64,000 bases of DNA from NCBI GenBank assembly GCA_045612205.1, contig JAZKYQ010000081.1, positions 206 through 64,205 on the forward strand, in the 5' to 3' direction. Within the stretch, counting starts at the first letter, position 1, and the number at the start of each line of letters is the position of its first letter. The notes below the pieces were generated by a model that saw only the letters and a list, made by a program, of their open reading frames with translations, had not been told where the DNA came from and did not search any database. The translations under genes were made by a program, and so were the position numbers. Shown in pieces: positions 61,381 through 64,000 of this stretch. This stretch comes from Acutalibacteraceae bacterium (GTDB lineage Bacteria > Bacillota > Clostridia > Oscillospirales > Acutalibacteraceae).

Positions 61381-62058
61381 ATGAGCAAACCTCAAAAAAG
61401 AATATATAAAAAAAAACAAAAATATTGTTGGACAAAAAAAGATAAGATTTTATATTCAATAGTATATTTGCTAGTAGCTTCACCATTAATTTTTCTGTTT
61501 TCATATAAAAATTTAGTAAAGTTTTTCCAATTGTTTCTTATTTCGCAAAAATATTATTTGTTTTATCCGAATTTGACAACTTCGTTAATTTTTATTTCGA
61601 TTGTTGCGATAATTCCTTTAAGATTCATGTTTTATTTGAGTGGTGATAAATGCAGAAAACCATTTAAGGAGTGGATGAGTGAACAAAGGAAATCCTCAAA
61701 AAGCTTTTTTACAGTTATTTTAGTTGTTGTGTGTGTGTTATTGTCTATTTTTTTATGTTTGAAAAATAGTTATTATTTAACAGATGAAGGTTATTATTAT
61801 AAGGATAACAAAATATTTAAACTTGAAGATATTGAAAAAGTGGAAATAAAATCTGACAGCATTATAACACATAGTATTTTTACAGGAGGTGTTATTGGGG
61901 AAAAGTTTCATATTATTGTTTGTGATGTGTATGTAAATGATGAAAAAATAGTTTTAGACTCTTATAGTTTTATTTCTAATGAGAAAATGTACGATTTTTT
62001 TAAAAAAATAAGAGCACAAGGGACGGTTATTAAGACAGTGGACGGTTCTATGTGTTAA
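61381..62058 (+). CDS. putative cognate immunity protein (polytopic membrane protein)
   Basis: Lies directly downstream of the toxin. Track ORF starts at GTG 61375, but ATG 61381 follows GGAG by 9 nt. TM segments ILYSIVYLLVASPLIFLF, LIFISIVAIIPLRFMFYL and FFTVILVVVCVLLSIFLCL. Very AT-rich. Confidence 0.6.
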   Translation: MSKPQKRIYKKKQKYCWTKKDKILYSIVYLLVASPLIFLFSYKNLVKFFQLFLISQKYYLFYPNLTTSLIFISIVAIIPLRFMFYLSGDKCRKPFKEWMSEQRKSSKSFFTVILVVVCVLLSIFLCLKNSYYLTDEGYYYKDNKIFKLEDIEKVEIKSDSIITHSIFTGGVIGEKFHIIVCDVYVNDEKIVLDSYSFISNEKMYDFFKKIRAQGTVIKTVDGSMC

Positions 62059-62089
62059 CAACAATCAGGGGACGGTACTATGTGTTAAC
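62040..62089. repeat. 20-bp imperfect direct repeat (19/20), period 30 bp
   Basis: GGACGGTTCTATGTGTTAAC (62040..62059, including the immunity-gene stop) and GGACGGTACTATGTGTTAAC (62070..62089). Confidence 0.85.
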
Positions 62090-62116
62090 TAAAAATAATT
62101 AACCACGGTGACTTGG

Positions 62117-62221
62117 CCCTCTCCGTCAATGCTTTGCATTGCCACCTCTCCCAATGGGAGAGGCAAGACTCGGCTCTCCCCACGGGAGAGCTGGCAAAAT
62201 CGAAGATTTTGACTGAGAGGG
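62117..62221. repeat. ~105-nt multi-hairpin palindromic element (REP/MITE-like or structured RNA)
   Basis: Outer stem CCCTCTCcGTCA / TGACtGAGAGGG encloses four consecutive perfect hairpins, each with a 3-nt loop: CAATGC-TTT-GCATTG, CCTCTCCC-AAT-GGGAGAGG, GCTCTCCC-CAC-GGGAGAGC, CAAAATC-GAA-GATTTTG. Confidence 0.75.
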
Positions 62222-62224
62222 TCT

Positions 62225-63340
62225 GACGGTTTAAAAACAAGCAAAACAGTCAATGGTGTCAAGCATAACTACTACTACGTTGACGGACAGCTTCGTTATG
62301 AAAGAAACGGCGACAGCTACGAAATCTATTACACCTACGATGCTGACGGCAGACCTGTGCTTGCAACAAAGCGTGATTTGGTTGCGAAGAAGAACTATCA
62401 GTATTATCTCATAACAAACACCCGTGGTGACATTATTGAAACACGCAACGGTGACGGTAATGTTAATGCAAAGTTTGTTTACGATGCATGGGGTAAGCTG
62501 ATTGCAGTTACTAATGCAAGCGGAACACCGCTTTCACAAAACAGTTTTGCTTATCAGATAAGTCTTAAATATCGTGGGTATGTGTATGACAACGAGACAG
62601 GTTTGTATTACCTGCAGAGTCGTTATTATGATCCGGAAACGGGTAGGTTCCTTAATGCGGATGATGTGGAGTATATCGGTGCAAGTGGAACTGTGCTTGG
62701 GCATAATGCGTTTGCTTATTGTGAGAATAATGCGGTGTGTTGTTTAGATACAGTAGGTTTTGTGTATAAGCATATTTTTGCGAAAATTTTTTATAGTGTT
62801 GCAGTTTGTAAAATAGTAATATCTTTTCTTACAAATTACTTAAATGTTAAAGAGGTTTTATCCGTAAAATCTATTAAGTATGACGACAGGACTGGTATGT
62901 ATTCTTGTAAAGCTAAATATTTACATATAGATGAAAATCATTGGATGAACATTCAACTTGGTGATAAAGATGCTTGGAATAAGAGTTGCGATTCAAGCAA
63001 TTTAACAAACACAATTGCAGTAAATACTTTTAATTCGTTAATAGAATTTTCTAGTGGAAATATGAGTGAATTTGGCTACAATCCTCAAGTTATGTATCTT
63101 GAGTTGTTATTATCATATTTTGGGATGATATTAACATATTATACTGCCGATTATAAAGCGGCTATGTCAAAAAAAGTATATAATCGAATTTGGGGACCGT
63201 ATGGATTAGATCCAAATGATACTAATAATTATGTAGGAATCAAAATAAGTGGTGCAGAAAGTGATACAGGTAGAGATACTGTAAATGGATATTATGCTTT
63301 TTGTTATGATAACAATTACGGGGAGGTAATTTCACGATGA
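62225..63340 (+). other. orphan (start-less) rhs core-end + alternative C-terminal toxin cassette
   Basis: The frame is open from just after an in-frame TGA (about 62210). It reads DGLKTSKTVNGVKHNYYYVDGQLRYERNGD...YYLQSRYYDPETGRFLNADD, collinear with 60196..60708 of the main gene. It diverges after TGTGAGAATAATGCGGTG (62720..62737). There is no RBS or ATG at the homology start; the first in-frame start is GTG 62357. Confidence 0.8.
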
Positions 63341-64000
63341 AAAAAACTAGAATAATAGTTGCAATTTCCTTTATTGTGACATTTTTTATTTCTTTGTTGG
63401 ATTTTGTAAAAGCTGTTTTATATGAATTGGATGCTTATGATTTTGGCATTTTTTTCAGATATATACATACGAGCATGGTTTTTTTTGCAACAACTGTAAT
63501 TCTTGTATTAATATTTTTTGTGTTGGCTAAAAATAAAAGTAATGAAGTTAATGTTGAAAAGATATTTACCGCTATTTTTATTGTTGTTGCTTTAGGTTTC
63601 AGTTTAGGATATGTGACAAGTAATTACGGTAATAATGCTTTGTATGGTAAAGTGGCAAATTACGAATCAGAAATAATAAATCCTGAGCAAACTTATGTTT
63701 ATCACGAAAAATACTTGCCTTTTTATGATGAGTACTCTGATGCGGATGAAAAAGGCGTTTACGAGATTTACAGAAGTCAATTGAGAAACACCGTAATTGT
63801 AAGCGTTAATTCTCGCATTATAAATCAGGAAGGCAATATGAATTATGAGCTTGAATACCTGAAAACAAAAAGCAAGCTTTTTTACAATAAATTCGTCTTG
63901 CAGAAAAAAATGTTCGAAGAGACTGTATCTTTGGAAGATGCAGTAAAATCCACATATGCAATCGGTGATAGTGTTTTAGATGTATATAAGGATGGTTACA
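63337..64000 (+). CDS. putative immunity protein of the orphan cassette (membrane protein), 3' end beyond the window
   Basis: Absent from the ORF track (no stop inside the window). ATG 63337 overlaps the orphan stop (ATGA). My own translation, MKKTRIIVAISFIVTFFISLLDFVKAVLYELDAYDFGIFFRYIHTSMVFFATTVILVLIFFVLAK..., stays open to base 64000. Confidence 0.6.
   Translation, partial: MKKTRIIVAISFIVTFFISLLDFVKAVLYELDAYDFGIFFRYIHTSMVFFATTVILVLIFFVLAKNKSNEVNVEKIFTAIFIVVALGFSLGYVTSNYGNNALYGKVANYESEIINPEQTYVYHEKYLPFYDEYSDADEKGVYEIYRSQLRNTVIVSVNSRIINQEGNMNYELEYLKTKSKLFYNKFVLQKKMFEETVSLEDAVKSTYAIGDSVLDVYKDGY

Noticed and set aside
1-64000. Looked for sigma-factor genes, phage integrases/prophage structural genes, tRNA/rRNA genes and toxin secretion machinery (T7SS/T6SS) linked to the RHS gene
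   Set aside because: No ORF of 60 aa or more shows sigma-70 region 2/4, tyrosine/serine recombinase, capsid/terminase or secretion-ATPase motifs. No cloverleaf-like or rRNA-like sequence was noticed by eye. This absence rests on visual inspection only; it should be confirmed with tRNAscan, Infernal and HMM searches.

Overview
This 64-kb window looks like a low-GC Firmicutes (Clostridia, Ruminococcus/Oscillospiraceae-like) chromosome; that assignment is inferred from gene content and synteny, not from a search.

Bases 1-13,300 are ordinary housekeeping. On the minus strand: a CNNM/TlyC-like protein, mutS2, recO, a yqzL-like ORF, era, and rpe. On the plus strand: an E2-like acyltransferase, a C39-like peptidase, and a SAM-I riboswitch followed by metK.

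The remaining ~50 kb is accessory and holds the interesting signals:
1. A 3.3-kb cassette with two paralogous B12-binding radical SAM genes. It is flanked by a perfect 27-bp direct repeat and is inserted into the loop of the terminator of a GH43-like gene.
2. A LytS-type histidine kinase and a REC + winged-helix response regulator, followed by a ~22-kb block. In that block, five operons (including the kinase/regulator pair itself) carry the same promoter architecture: two abutting 11-bp direct repeats (TTTGTAAKAGG), then 7-8 nt, then a -10 box. I read this as a pho-box-like regulon.
3. Cargo of that putative regulon: an 1808-aa adhesin-like protein; a partner-switching operon with no sigma factor (fused PP2C phosphatase/RsbW-like kinase sensor, STAS, small alarmone hydrolase-like HD protein, STAS-APH kinase fusion, flavodoxin-like reductase); a membrane-protein operon; and a 1263-aa secreted protein with an aerolysin/ETX-MTX2-like Ser/Thr-rich hairpin segment.
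4. A convergent operon on the minus strand: CDF-like transporter, RsbW-like kinase, STAS, and a stand-alone A-T-C NRPS module.
5. A ~4.5-kb plasmid-like mobilisable element with no integrase: MobV relaxase, Rep/HTH protein, and a DUF3990 + two DUF3791 genes. It is bounded by a perfect 20-bp direct repeat and sits next to a truncated rubrerythrin-like gene.
6. A 2159-aa RHS/YD-repeat polymorphic toxin with an immunity gene, a multi-hairpin element, and a start-less orphan rhs-CT/immunity cassette.

I saw no rRNA genes, tRNA genes or CRISPR arrays. All family names come from recognising motifs by eye; no database search was possible.
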